Shown: piece by piece, positions 1 to 10,146 of the stretch
Layout of the letters: each line of letters starts with the position of its first letter
Position numbering within the stretch: position 1 is the first letter of the stretch
Assembly: GCA_016935525.1 (NCBI GenBank)
Contig: JAFGQU010000004.1
Location: 131,774-195,773, forward strand
From: Candidatus Omnitrophota bacterium
Lineage (GTDB): Bacteria; Omnitrophota; Gorgyraeia; Duberdicusellales; 4484-171
Length of the DNA: 64,000 nucleotides
Direction of reading: 5' to 3'
Made by a program: the position numbers and the translations under genes
Notes under the pieces: generated by a model
Seen by the model: only the letters and a program-made list of their open reading frames with translations
What the model was told of the DNA's origin: nothing
Databases searched by the model: none

Positions 1-1154
1 GCGCCGTCCAGACGTACCCCTAATTCGGGATGATCACGCAGAAGGCTTTTTATCCGGTAGAGAGCGACCTTACCCGGATACCAGGGAGTATGCCAATAAG
101 TCCAGCCGTACGTATGAGGAAAATGGACCAAAACCGCATAGTACGCTTTAATCGCATGGCGGATCAATCCGCTGCGTTCGAGAATACTGGCAATATAAAA
201 TAATCTTACTCCCTCCGGTTCGGGAGCGATATTCCATTTATAAAAAGCCATACGCATATCCCGGCTATTAAGCACTTCCCAATGGTCCACTTTAAACAGC
301 TCTTTTTTAATCTTGGTGAATTCACTGTCAAATTTAAGTGAAGTAGAATTCGGATATATCCCTTCTCCCACCGCTTTACCTAAACCGATAGGGTCTTTCA
401 ATATATACTCGTATTCTTTGGTGCCTTTTCCGGTAAATTCGCCGTACTTCTTATAGTCAACCGGGAATTCGGCTCCTTCATCATACAGGGTGATAAATAC
501 GTCTTTCTGAAGAGGGTTTTCCTCTATCGGGCATCCGCCGCCTTCGACGATCTGCTGGATGACCTTTTGAGCCTTTTCTTTGACTGACCAGTACCATCCG
601 CGCGGATCAAACGCCTGAGCATAAGGATATTTTTCGACTACTTCTCTAAGTATCGAAACGGCCGCGTCGAATTTTTCCTGAACCGGCCCCTTTTCGGTCT
701 CATTTTTAAGGATCATCCCTTCGTTACGTAACGTTTCTCCTTTGATAAAATAACATACCGCGACATCATTCATCACTTTATACGTATCTTCTTCGCCTTT
801 AGGAGGTACTCCGGAAAGATTACCGGCAAGTTGATCGGCCTCCCCGGAAAACAAGGCGATACAGGCATCGGTCAATCCATACACTTTTTCCCACTGTCCC
901 TGGCCTTGAGCGGCCCAGGCTTTCCGCACATAATCGCTTGAATCCGGCATTTCTTTAGCTTCCGGTCCGGCCGTTCCTTCTTCCTGTACCACGCCGACAT
1001 CAGGGTTATCTTGAGCCCACCCCTGAGCACCAGTGCACCCGAGCATCAGCGCACCGATGATAAGTATTCCCCTCAATACGTGTAACGTGCTTGCCCCGTT
1101 GCGAAGCTCACGGGGTGACTTTGTGACTTTGTGACTTTGTGACTTGTTTCTCAT
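1..1154 (-). CDS. Lipoprotein of unknown function; its 3' end runs past the window edge. Last gene of the sugar ABC transporter operon
   Basis: Manual minus-strand translation from the ATG at 1154-1152 (ATGA overlap with the upstream permease stop) gives MRNKSQSHKVTKSPRELRNGASTLHVLRGILIIGALMLGC. That is a basic n-region, a hydrophobic core and an LGC lipobox. The frame stays open to position 1. Confidence 0.5.
   Translation of the reverse strand, partial: MRNKSQSHKVTKSPRELRNGASTLHVLRGILIIGALMLGCTGAQGWAQDNPDVGVVQEEGTAGPEAKEMPDSSDYVRKAWAAQGQGQWEKVYGLTDACIALFSGEADQLAGNLSGVPPKGEEDTYKVMNDVAVCYFIKGETLRNEGMILKNETEKGPVQEKFDAAVSILREVVEKYPYAQAFDPRGWYWSVKEKAQKVIQQIVEGGGCPIEENPLQKDVFITLYDEGAEFPVDYKKYGEFTGKGTKEYEYILKDPIGLGKAVGEGIYPNSTSLKFDSEFTKIKKELFKVDHWEVLNSRDMRMAFYKWNIAPEPEGVRLFYIASILERSGLIRHAIKAYYAVLVHFPHTYGWTYWHTPWYPGKVALYRIKSLLRDHPELGVRLDG
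1115..1146. repeat. Tandem 8-nt GTGACTTT array, a GTGAC-family repeat, inside the 5' end of the lipoprotein gene
   Basis: gtgactttgtgactttgtgactttgtgacttg. It encodes KSQSHKVTKS in the signal-peptide n-region. Confidence 0.8.
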
Positions 1155-1987
1155 CCTACGACTGCTCCGGCGGTAAGCCCTTTTACGAAATGTTTTTGCA
1201 TTTTTATATACAGCAGGATTATCGGCAAAGCGGCAACGGTCAATGCCGCCATAATGAGCGTGTGTTGAGTAACCATCTTATTGGCAAACTCCATCAACCC
1301 TACCTGAAGCGGCATAAAACTATAATCGGTAAACAGTAAAGACGCCAATACGAATTCATTCCATACGTTCAGGGCATTGAAAATAACGACCACCGCCAAT
1401 GCCGGAGCGACCAGGGGCAGCCCCACGTTCCACCAGATCTGAAGTTTATTGCAGCCATCGATACGGGCAGCATCTTCCAGGTCCCGGGGTAACTGGTCAA
1501 AAAACGTTTTTAAAAGATACATGCTCAACGACAGCCCCATATTACTCATCGCGAATACATATCCGGTACGGTTGACTAAATGGAATTTGTTAAGCAACAC
1601 ATATACCGGCACAAATCCGGCCGGAAGCGGGATCATCATCGCCGCCAGGAACATATAGAAAAGCACATTTTTGCCCCAGAAGTCCAGCCGGGAAAAGGCA
1701 TACGCTGAGAGTGACGATACAAACACGATAAGGATCACCGTGACAAACGTATAAAACACGCTGTTTAAAAAATAAAGCCAGAAGCCTTCCTCAAAAAATA
1801 CCACTTTATAATTATCTACATTAAACGCATGGGCCAGCCCCAAACCGTAATCGCTATCGAATTCGCTTTGCGTCTTGAACGATACGTTTACCATCCATAA
1901 AAAAGGCAATATACAGCTTAACGCGACACTCATCAAAAACGCATGCAGGATCACTAAAATGATTATCTTTTTAGCTCGGTAATACAC
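1151..1987 (-). CDS. Carbohydrate ABC transporter permease (MalG/UgpE-like)
   Basis: Multi-TM protein with an EAA-loop motif DAARIDGCNKLQIWWNVGLP. Confidence 0.85.
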   Translation of the reverse strand: MYYRAKKIIILVILHAFLMSVALSCILPFLWMVNVSFKTQSEFDSDYGLGLAHAFNVDNYKVVFFEEGFWLYFLNSVFYTFVTVILIVFVSSLSAYAFSRLDFWGKNVLFYMFLAAMMIPLPAGFVPVYVLLNKFHLVNRTGYVFAMSNMGLSLSMYLLKTFFDQLPRDLEDAARIDGCNKLQIWWNVGLPLVAPALAVVVIFNALNVWNEFVLASLLFTDYSFMPLQVGLMEFANKMVTQHTLIMAALTVAALPIILLYIKMQKHFVKGLTAGAVVG

Positions 1988-2870
1988 CGTATTTCTCCCT
2001 GATCTTTTTGGAAATAAAAAACATGGTAAACGACACCAAGATCAATACTATACCTAAGATGACCCCTTCGGCACAGGCAAGACCTACTAAAGAGAACCGC
2101 AAGTGATTATAAATACGCATCACCGGCACCTCAGTCAACCCGCCGGCTCCGCCGGTCAACGCCAAAATCATCGCAAACGCCTGCATCGTCCCCAGGATGG
2201 TCAACACGATCACCAGAGTGATCACCGGCATGACTAACGGAACGGTGATCTTAGTAAAACTATGCCAGGCGTTCGCTCCGTCGATACGGGCCGCTTCATA
2301 AAGCTGTTCGGGAATACTCTGAAGTCCCGCTAAAAGAATCACAAATGCCCAACCGAATCCTTTCCAGCAATGGACAAGCGCGGTGATCAATCGTACCCGG
2401 TCAGTCCCCAGCCAATCCTGAACGAGAAACCCCATTCCCAGACGGCCTAAGAACTGGTTGAACACATCCCGGCCGACCGGTTCGGAAATAAGCAGTTGTT
2501 TCATCAATAACCCGATGATGATCTCTGAAAGTACCGGCAGGATAAAAAAGACTACCCGATAAAATTTCTTCAAGCGCAGCACTTTATCTACCGCCAACGC
2601 CAACATAAAGGCAAAAATATTCTGAAAAGTAAGCGCCCAGAAAGTGATGAACGCGCCGTTATACATCGAAGGCCACCACTCTTTATCTCCGAACAATACT
2701 TCCCGGAAATTGGACAGCCCGACAAACTGCGGAGAAGAAATAAAATCATATTCCTGGAAACTTAAAATAAAGGTATAAAAGAAAGGGTAGATATAAAATA
2801 TCGAAAAGATAAGCAACGCCGGCCAGACAAAAGCGAAACTGGTCAGTTTATCGCGTAACTTTCCGTTCAT
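1971..2870 (-). CDS. Carbohydrate ABC transporter permease (MalF/UgpA-like)
   Basis: EAA motif EAARIDGANAWHSFTKITVP in a 6-TM protein. Its end overlaps the next permease. Confidence 0.85.
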   Translation of the reverse strand: MNGKLRDKLTSFAFVWPALLIFSIFYIYPFFYTFILSFQEYDFISSPQFVGLSNFREVLFGDKEWWPSMYNGAFITFWALTFQNIFAFMLALAVDKVLRLKKFYRVVFFILPVLSEIIIGLLMKQLLISEPVGRDVFNQFLGRLGMGFLVQDWLGTDRVRLITALVHCWKGFGWAFVILLAGLQSIPEQLYEAARIDGANAWHSFTKITVPLVMPVITLVIVLTILGTMQAFAMILALTGGAGGLTEVPVMRIYNHLRFSLVGLACAEGVILGIVLILVSFTMFFISKKIREKYGVLPS

Positions 2871-4204
2871 AATTGAGAAACTCTTTCTTTTACGGCTTGA
2901 ATCTCCTGAGCCACCCCCTGGGGAGTCTTAAGCCCCATGATGATCTGCTGCAGACCCCGGTTCATCACTTCAATGACCCGGGCATCTTCGTTTTTCGGCC
3001 ACACGTTGGGATGAGTCAATTTTTCCAGTTCGGGACGGGGGCTGCTACCGGGAAAATCTTCTACGCTCATCTTCAGATCGTTCCCTAACGTCTTCAGGAT
3101 CGAAGGGAACTTTTCCGGGTCCATTTTTACTGCCGGCAGATTGTTAGTCTTGAGGACCAGGAATTCCTGTTGAAGGTTTTGTGTGATCCATTCCAGGAAA
3201 CGCACTGCTTCTTCTTTCTGCGCTGACCGGGCATGGACCATAAATGAGGTGCCCGCGCCGCCCCATATCTTTTCGGGATATTTGTCCGAGACTTCCGGTA
3301 ACGAAAAAAACGCGTAATCCAACCGCGGATTCAACTGTCGATATACATTTACCGCCCAGCTCCCGTTAAAAGAAAAGACGGCTTTCCCTTTGGCGAACGC
3401 GTCTTCGGCTTCTTTATTCGTCATCTTTTCGATATTAGAAGCCAATACCCCTGATTCTTTCAATTTCATGAACAGGCTGAACACTTTTATCCATTGAGGG
3501 TCGGTATAGGAAACGGTCCCGGCGATAGTATTCAAAAATTTTTCTTCACCCATAAGGTTAATCGCCCATTCTGTCGCCAAAGCATTCAGCAACCACCCTT
3601 CGCCCCACCCGCAGACAAATCCGTCGATCCCCAGGTTTTCTTTCACCTGCTTAGCCACCGCAATGAACTCATCAAACGTCCGGGGGCCACGGTTAGGATC
3701 AAGTCCGACCTGTTGAAAAACAGACCGGTTATAGATGAACTGCATCACTGTAGTGTCGATAGGGACCGCATAGGTCCCGGGAGGCACTTTATAGAAATTA
3801 TCTTTTTTGAACTGGGTAACGGCTAACGTCTGAGGATAAAATGAATTTTGCCATTTGTGATTATCTTTCTCCATATAAGAGGTAAGATCGAGAATATGTC
3901 CGGCTTTTATGAACGAACCCAATATCTTTTTTTCACCGAGAATACCGAAGATATCGGGAAGATTGCCGGCACGGGCTGCGGCAATGACTTTTTGGGAATA
4001 GATATCGGCAGGGAAGAACAATTTGAATTCGACGGGGATACCGGTTTTTTCCTGGTATTGAACGGCCAGATCATTGAGAGCATCCTGACGATCGGTCAAC
4101 CAGTGCCAGACGACTAATCCCTGAGTGCGAGGGGCCTGGCTACACCCCCATAATAATAACGTACATAAAGAAAAAAGGAGAACCTTACTTTTCTGACTCA
4201 ACAC
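2867..4204 (-). CDS. Extracellular solute-binding lipoprotein of a sugar ABC transporter
   Basis: N-terminal signal with an LLLWGC lipobox. 445 aa, a size typical of family 1 SBPs. Co-operonic with two MalFG-type permeases. Confidence 0.8.
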   Translation of the reverse strand: MLSQKSKVLLFSLCTLLLWGCSQAPRTQGLVVWHWLTDRQDALNDLAVQYQEKTGIPVEFKLFFPADIYSQKVIAAARAGNLPDIFGILGEKKILGSFIKAGHILDLTSYMEKDNHKWQNSFYPQTLAVTQFKKDNFYKVPPGTYAVPIDTTVMQFIYNRSVFQQVGLDPNRGPRTFDEFIAVAKQVKENLGIDGFVCGWGEGWLLNALATEWAINLMGEEKFLNTIAGTVSYTDPQWIKVFSLFMKLKESGVLASNIEKMTNKEAEDAFAKGKAVFSFNGSWAVNVYRQLNPRLDYAFFSLPEVSDKYPEKIWGGAGTSFMVHARSAQKEEAVRFLEWITQNLQQEFLVLKTNNLPAVKMDPEKFPSILKTLGNDLKMSVEDFPGSSPRPELEKLTHPNVWPKNEDARVIEVMNRGLQQIIMGLKTPQGVAQEIQAVKERVSQL

Positions 4205-4495
4205 ACACCTCTCGTTTTTATTATAAATAAATCTAACTCAATAAAGGCCATTCCGTTAATGGACGCTCTATGTTACAAATCATTACGAGGGATACCGCTT
4301 TTAATAAAACGAAAAGTGGGTCAGATTCCCCTTGAGATATACAATTTATTATATGGAATTTCCTTTTTCTGTCAATTTCTCATTTTTAGCGAGCTTGCAC
4401 TCACCGATTACAGTGATAAAACAAATCATTTTGCTTCATTTACCAAAAACCCCTCATATTCTATTATTTCTATTCCTCTATTCAAATAAGAAGGG

Positions 4496-5698
4496 CTATT
4501 TTTTAAGAATAATACGCAGGAACCGGCGTTTGCCGATCTTTAACACTTTCCCTTCCGGAGGGATTGACAACGACTGCTCGGTGATCACCAGCGTACCGCT
4601 GGTAATACTCTTCTGTTCCAAGAGCCGCCGAGCTTCGCGTTTACTGGAGACTAAACCGCTCTGGGTAATGGCCTCTATGATATCGACGGGATCTGAATCG
4701 GCCCGGTATACCGGAATATCCTGAGGTAACTCTTTTTGAGAAAAGACTTTTTCAAAATTTTCCCGGGCTTTCCGAGCCGAAAGCGCTGAGTGATACGTCT
4801 CTACCAACGTAGATGCTAAAAAGAGTTTTGCCTCTTTAGGATGCATTTTTTTTACTTCATCAAGATCGATATCGGTAAGCAACCGGTAATAGTCATACAT
4901 AAGCTCATCGGAAATACTCATGACCTTGCCGAACATATCCTGAGGATGATCGGTAATTCCGATATAATTCCCCAGTGACTTGGACATTTTATTCTTCCCG
5001 TCAAGACCGACCAGTAACGGCATAGTGACCACGACCTGCGGCGGCAATCCGAATGATTCCTGAAGATGCCTTCCGACAATAAGATTGAATTTCTGGTCGG
5101 TTCCTCCAAATTCGATATCGGCGGCAAGTTTCACTGAATCGTATCCTTGGATCAACGGATACACAAGTTCCAAAAGCGAAAGCGGCTTGCCTTCTTTGAG
5201 CCTGAGGGAAAAATCATCGCGTTCGATCATCCGGGCTACGGTATACCGGCTTAACAGCGGAAAAAAATCATTCAAAGTGAATGCACGGTACCAGATACTA
5301 TTGAAGATCACTCTGGTCTTCTTTTTATCCAGGATCTTAAAGCACTGGGAAGTATAGGTCCTGGCGTGGGCGCGGATCTCGCGATCGCTCAGTGCCGGAC
5401 GCAATTCATTGCGGCCGGAAGGATCGCCGATACGGGCGGTGAAATCTCCGACGATGAAATATACGGTGTGGCCTAATTCCTGAAGTGCACGTAATTTACG
5501 TAATAGAACGGTATGGCCAAGATGGATATCTTTTGCGGTAGGGTCGAATCCGATCTTTATCTTAAGCCCCCCGCGAGTACGAGATACTTTTTGAAGCTTA
5601 TTGGTGAGTTCTTCCTGAGAAATACAGTCGATACTATTGGCTTTTATACATTCAAGAGTCTGTCTGATCTTGTTCATCGATTTTGGTAGAAAGACCAA
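4496..5698 (-). CDS. tyrS: Tyrosine--tRNA ligase
   Basis: HIGH motif (DIHLGHTV), KMSKS motif (KNKMSKSLGN) and a C-terminal S4-like domain. Confidence 0.85.
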   Translation of the reverse strand: MVFLPKSMNKIRQTLECIKANSIDCISQEELTNKLQKVSRTRGGLKIKIGFDPTAKDIHLGHTVLLRKLRALQELGHTVYFIVGDFTARIGDPSGRNELRPALSDREIRAHARTYTSQCFKILDKKKTRVIFNSIWYRAFTLNDFFPLLSRYTVARMIERDDFSLRLKEGKPLSLLELVYPLIQGYDSVKLAADIEFGGTDQKFNLIVGRHLQESFGLPPQVVVTMPLLVGLDGKNKMSKSLGNYIGITDHPQDMFGKVMSISDELMYDYYRLLTDIDLDEVKKMHPKEAKLFLASTLVETYHSALSARKARENFEKVFSQKELPQDIPVYRADSDPVDIIEAITQSGLVSSKREARRLLEQKSITSGTLVITEQSLSIPPEGKVLKIGKRRFLRIILKK

Positions 5699-7217
5699 TT
5701 TTTGCCGAGGCAGGATCGATTTTAATGATCTTGGCTTTGATCGTATCTCTCGGTTTTAAAGAATCCATCGTCGCCTTTTCCATTTCACCGGCAAATACCA
5801 ATCCTTCAAGCTCTTCTTCGATTTTCACGAACACCCCGAAATTGGTGACTTTCACCACTTCTCCGTCGATCACTGTCCCTAACGGATATTTTTCAAGAAT
5901 GTCGTTCCAGGGATCGGCAATAAGCTGTTTTATCCCGACGATCACCCGGCGATTGGTCCGGTCCAATCCCAACACTTTCACTTCATAGGTATGGGAACGT
6001 TTCAGCATCTCCTGAGCCCGCAGGACCCGTTTGGTCCAGGAAATATCTTCGTTATAGATGATCCCTTCCAACCCGTTATCCAGTTCGACATAGGCGCAGC
6101 CTTCGCCGAATCCTACGATCTTACCTTGGATCTGAGAATCAATAGTTACCATGCTTTCGATCTCATCCCACGGGTCTTTTTCTATCTGTTTTATACTCAA
6201 GGAGATCTTGCGGCTTTCCACATCGATACCGATTATTTTCGCCTCGATGATATCCCCGATAGCGAACAGCTCATTAAGATTAAGGAATTTCTTTGACCAG
6301 GAGATCTCACTGATATGGACTAACCCTTCGATCCCTTTTTCTAATTCCAGAAATACGCCGTAATTCTGGATATTTACCACTTTTCCTTTAATCACTGAAT
6401 TCAAGTTATATTTCTTGTCGATATCGAGCCAGGGATCGGGCATCATCTGTTTTAACCCCAGAGAGATCTTCCCTTTTTCCTGGTCGTAACTCAAAATCAT
6501 CACCTGGATCTCATCACCGACCGCGACTACTTCGGAGGGATGCGATACTTTTTTCCAGCTCATATCGGCGATATGCAACAGACCGTCTACTCCCCCTAAA
6601 TCGACAAACGCGCCGAAATTGGTGACACTTTTCACTTTGCCTTTGCGTACCTCACCGATCTTGAGGCTTTCCCAGAGCGTCTTACGCGCCATCTCTTTCT
6701 CCAGACGGATCGCATCTTTACGGGAAACGATAAAATTACTTTTCGTTTTGCTCAATTTAAGGATCTGAAAATAGAATTTTTCCCCTACTACGTTGAACTC
6801 GGACCCTTTAAACGTGGAAAGGCTCTGCGGCAGGAACCCTTCGACTCCAAACACATTTACCATGAACCCGCCTTTTACTTTACGGCTCACGACACCTTCG
6901 ACCAGGTCTCCTTCTTTGAATTCGTTTACGAGCTGGCTCCAGCCCTTTACTTCCTGAGCTTTACGGTAAGAAAGGATTACTTTCCCTTCTTCGTCTTCGA
7001 CATTTTCGACGAACACCTCGATCTTATCGAGTTTTTCCAGGTCTTTTACGCCGACGAACTCTTCACGGAAAATAATACCTTCCGATTTATAGCCGACATC
7101 GACAATGACCTCACGCGGGGTCACCGCGACGATCTGACCTTCGACGATCTCCCCTTCTTTCAATTCTCTGATCGAATCGAAATATGCGTTTTCTAATTCT
7201 GTAGAATTACCTGTCAC
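5652..7217 (-). CDS. rpsA: 30S ribosomal protein S1
   Basis: Repeated S1 domains (GEIVEGQIV..., GDLVEGVV..., VIKGKVVNI...). GTG start preceded by AAAGGAGG. Confidence 0.9.
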   Translation of the reverse strand: MTGNSTELENAYFDSIRELKEGEIVEGQIVAVTPREVIVDVGYKSEGIIFREEFVGVKDLEKLDKIEVFVENVEDEEGKVILSYRKAQEVKGWSQLVNEFKEGDLVEGVVSRKVKGGFMVNVFGVEGFLPQSLSTFKGSEFNVVGEKFYFQILKLSKTKSNFIVSRKDAIRLEKEMARKTLWESLKIGEVRKGKVKSVTNFGAFVDLGGVDGLLHIADMSWKKVSHPSEVVAVGDEIQVMILSYDQEKGKISLGLKQMMPDPWLDIDKKYNLNSVIKGKVVNIQNYGVFLELEKGIEGLVHISEISWSKKFLNLNELFAIGDIIEAKIIGIDVESRKISLSIKQIEKDPWDEIESMVTIDSQIQGKIVGFGEGCAYVELDNGLEGIIYNEDISWTKRVLRAQEMLKRSHTYEVKVLGLDRTNRRVIVGIKQLIADPWNDILEKYPLGTVIDGEVVKVTNFGVFVKIEEELEGLVFAGEMEKATMDSLKPRDTIKAKIIKIDPASAKIGLSTKIDEQDQTDS

Positions 7218-7395
7218 CTTTAATCTCCTCCTTTGTAATGAGCAGCCCTTTGATATCTTTGATATGAAAGGTCAGTCACCGAAGACTTTCTGCGGAGAGA
7301 GCCCTTTTTTCCCGTAAGGGAACAAAGCTCTATCCTCCCGATGATATCGAGATCATTTTAAATGTTTACAATTATCTCTTAATTCAATTTTTTTG

Positions 7396-7971
7396 TCAAT
7401 GATAAACTATTCTTTTTATATGTTCGAGGATCTGAGTTGAGATATCTTGAGGATTTTGAGTTTTATCGATAGATTCGGCCTTCTGGATAATCACCCGGAT
7501 CCGGCCAAAAGAGCACCATTTTTTACCCTTAGGCAGGACCTTATCGGTCCCTTCGACTTTCGCTAAGATCAAAGGAACTCCGGATTTCTTATAAAGAAAT
7601 CCTACCCCGGGCTTGGCTTTTTCTTTTCCGCGGCCACCCTGAGGGAAGATCACCAACGGCCGGCCGTTTTTAAGGCACATAACCGCTGTCTTCATCGCCC
7701 CTAAATCAGCCCGGCCTCTTTTTAAAGGGACCGCGCCGACAAACCGTAAACAGGCGCCCCAAGGCGCGGGAGAAAATAACTCTTCTTTGGCAAGAAAATA
7801 GATCTTACCCCGAGGCAGGATCCCCACTACCAGAGGGTCCAGATTGCTCACATGGTTAGAAGCGAGGATAAACGCCCCCTGGCGGGGAATGTTATGGATT
7901 CCCTGGATCTCAAGTCTAAAAAAGATCCGTAAAAAGCAGAACACACAAAAACGTATAAAATTATAAAGCAT
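7396..7971 (-). CDS. plsC: 1-acyl-sn-glycerol-3-phosphate acyltransferase
   Basis: HxxxxD motif (NHVSNLDP) and an FPQGGR block of the LPLAT family. Confidence 0.75.
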   Translation of the reverse strand: MLYNFIRFCVFCFLRIFFRLEIQGIHNIPRQGAFILASNHVSNLDPLVVGILPRGKIYFLAKEELFSPAPWGACLRFVGAVPLKRGRADLGAMKTAVMCLKNGRPLVIFPQGGRGKEKAKPGVGFLYKKSGVPLILAKVEGTDKVLPKGKKWCSFGRIRVIIQKAESIDKTQNPQDISTQILEHIKRIVYH

Positions 7972-9370
7972 TAATCAACTTCTTACCCAACGTAAGGAGA
8001 GTTTCCGTTTTCTTTGCGGATTGGGCTTCAGCATACACCCGCACGATCGGTTCGGTGCCGGAGGCCCGAAACATGAGCCAGCAGTCGGATGCGATCAATT
8101 TAATGCCATCAAGCCGATTGATCCTTGTAACCGGCTTGCCCAGAAGAGATGAGGGGGGTTTTAATTTATCGAGATTCACTTGAGAACTTCTCAAAGGAAT
8201 AGAAGTGCGTTGGTAGTACCAGCGGCCGTATTTTTTCTGGAGGTCGCGGCAAAGACGTTCAAACGAAACTCCCTCGCTGGCCATCATTTCCAATACCATA
8301 AGAAACGCGGCGGTCCCATCCCTCTCGGGGATATATCCGGCAAAGCCGATACCGCCGGCTTCTTCGCCGCCGATAGAAATAAGTTTTTCTCTGAATAAAT
8401 TCGTAATATATTTGAATCCCACCGGAGTCTCAAAACATTCGGCGCGAAGGCCTAAGGCGACGTTATCGATAAGATTACTGCCGACCACAGTTTTCCCGAT
8501 TCCGGCTTTGGCGCGCCGGTTCTTGATACAATGCACCGCCAGAAGCGGCAGGATGATCTGGGCCCCTATGTAATGACCTTGAGCATCAACCAGAGCAATA
8601 CGATCGGCATCCCCGTCCAGAGCAAATCCCAGATCATACTTCTCTTTTTTCACCCGGCTCATGAGCTCGGCAAGATTTTCCTCGATCGGTTCGGGATGCA
8701 TACCGCCAAAAGACGGATTGTATTCTTTACGAAGGTAATCGATCTTCATATTCTTAAGACCCACGATCTCTTCCACGAAGCTGCCACCGGCCCCGTGCAT
8801 AAGATCGATCAATACTTTCAGTTTGAGTTTACGGATCTTAGCGATATTCACAAACGATCTTAAAAATTTTTTGTATCCGGTGACAAGGTCACCATCAACA
8901 ATCAGTTTTTTCCGCCGGGCACCTCCGGGATCGATTGTGTGAGGAGGAGTCTTATACAACAGCCGTTCCACTTTATCGGTAAGTTGTTTATCGGCAGCTC
9001 CCCCTTCGGGAGTCTTGATCTTGATCCCGTTAAATTTACCGGGATTATGGGACGCGGTGATCATTATTCCCAGATCGTATTTCCCTTGGCGGGTATTAAA
9101 ACTTACCACGGGCGTAGGGACATGCCGGTCGGAAATAACCGTTTTGAGACCGGCAGCGGCGCCTACCATCGCAACTTCCTCGGCGAATTCCCGGGAAAGA
9201 AAACGGGTATCGTACCCGATAACTATCCTCTTTTGTTTTTTCCCTTTAAGATAATCCGCGACCGCTTGAGCGACGATCCTTACGTTTTCAAAGGTAAAAT
9301 CATCGCCGATAACCGCACGCCATCCGTCGGTGCCGAATGTAATCGCATTTTTTCTGGTTTTTGATTTCAT
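7961..9370 (-). CDS. Phosphoglucomutase/phosphomannomutase family protein
   Basis: Active-site TASHNPGKFNG loop and the GFALDGDADR metal-binding loop. Confidence 0.8.
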   Translation of the reverse strand: MKSKTRKNAITFGTDGWRAVIGDDFTFENVRIVAQAVADYLKGKKQKRIVIGYDTRFLSREFAEEVAMVGAAAGLKTVISDRHVPTPVVSFNTRQGKYDLGIMITASHNPGKFNGIKIKTPEGGAADKQLTDKVERLLYKTPPHTIDPGGARRKKLIVDGDLVTGYKKFLRSFVNIAKIRKLKLKVLIDLMHGAGGSFVEEIVGLKNMKIDYLRKEYNPSFGGMHPEPIEENLAELMSRVKKEKYDLGFALDGDADRIALVDAQGHYIGAQIILPLLAVHCIKNRRAKAGIGKTVVGSNLIDNVALGLRAECFETPVGFKYITNLFREKLISIGGEEAGGIGFAGYIPERDGTAAFLMVLEMMASEGVSFERLCRDLQKKYGRWYYQRTSIPLRSSQVNLDKLKPPSSLLGKPVTRINRLDGIKLIASDCWLMFRASGTEPIVRVYAEAQSAKKTETLLTLGKKLINAL

Positions 9371-9437
9371 ATCTTCTTTCTCTGGTTAAAACAAAATTTT
9401 ACCATTTAATCCGATATTCTCAAGGATTTTAATCGAT

Positions 9438-10004
9438 CTAAATAAGATATAATTTATGCGTATGGATATACTCACCGACACCGGGGGCGACCAGGTAACG
9501 TATCGAAAGGTTGTTTTTTCTCATCCGGCGGATGCATGAAGAAGATATGTCGATCTGGAGGATATCGACCGGTAAAAAAGAACTGTTACCGGGAGAGGGA
9601 AACTCCCGGCGCCGGGCAACGACTACCTGCGCTAATTCTTTTATCCGTTGAGGTTGGCGCCAATCTCCAAATTCACAAGCCAAGTCGGATCCGATAATCA
9701 AATAGAACCGATCAAGCGGGTACTGTTTTTTAAGATATTCCAGGGTCTCGACCGTATAGGACACTCCTTCGCGGGCGATCTCATAGTCGATGACCGAAAA
9801 CTGCGGATTATCTTTCACCATCAACTCGACCATCGCGTAACGATGATGAGACGGCACCATCTTTGCTCCTTTCTTGTGCGGAGAGATATTCGTAGGGATG
9901 AAAAAGATCTTGTCTAAACAAAGTGTATCTAACATCTCCTGGGCAAGGATACAATGACCGATATGCGGCGGATTAAATGTCCCTCCTAAAATTCCGATCT
10001 TCAT
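9438..10004 (-). CDS. nadD: Nicotinate-nucleotide adenylyltransferase
   Basis: N-terminus IGILGGTFNPPHIGH, the (H/T)xGH nucleotidyltransferase motif. Confidence 0.85.
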   Translation of the reverse strand: MKIGILGGTFNPPHIGHCILAQEMLDTLCLDKIFFIPTNISPHKKGAKMVPSHHRYAMVELMVKDNPQFSVIDYEIAREGVSYTVETLEYLKKQYPLDRFYLIIGSDLACEFGDWRQPQRIKELAQVVVARRREFPSPGNSSFLPVDILQIDISSSCIRRMRKNNLSIRYLVAPGVGEYIHTHKLYLI

Positions 10005-10146
10005 AAGTCTACGATTTATCCGACGGACGACCGCTCCTTCTCAGTCGCTCGGACGAAGGACGACTTTCTTTGCGTCTCTCGTCCGAATGAGTCCGGTGAT
10101 GCCGGACGAATGATCGTCCGAGCCCCGATGGAATCGGGGCGATCGT

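Noticed and set aside
4205-4495. A 290-nt AT-rich gap upstream of the sugar ABC operon, scanned for a tRNA, a T-box leader (tyrS nearby) or a small RNA
   Set aside because: No cloverleaf-compatible segments or T-box specifier/antiterminator motifs were seen. tyrS is preceded directly by rpsA. The gap is probably just the promoter region of the transporter operon.
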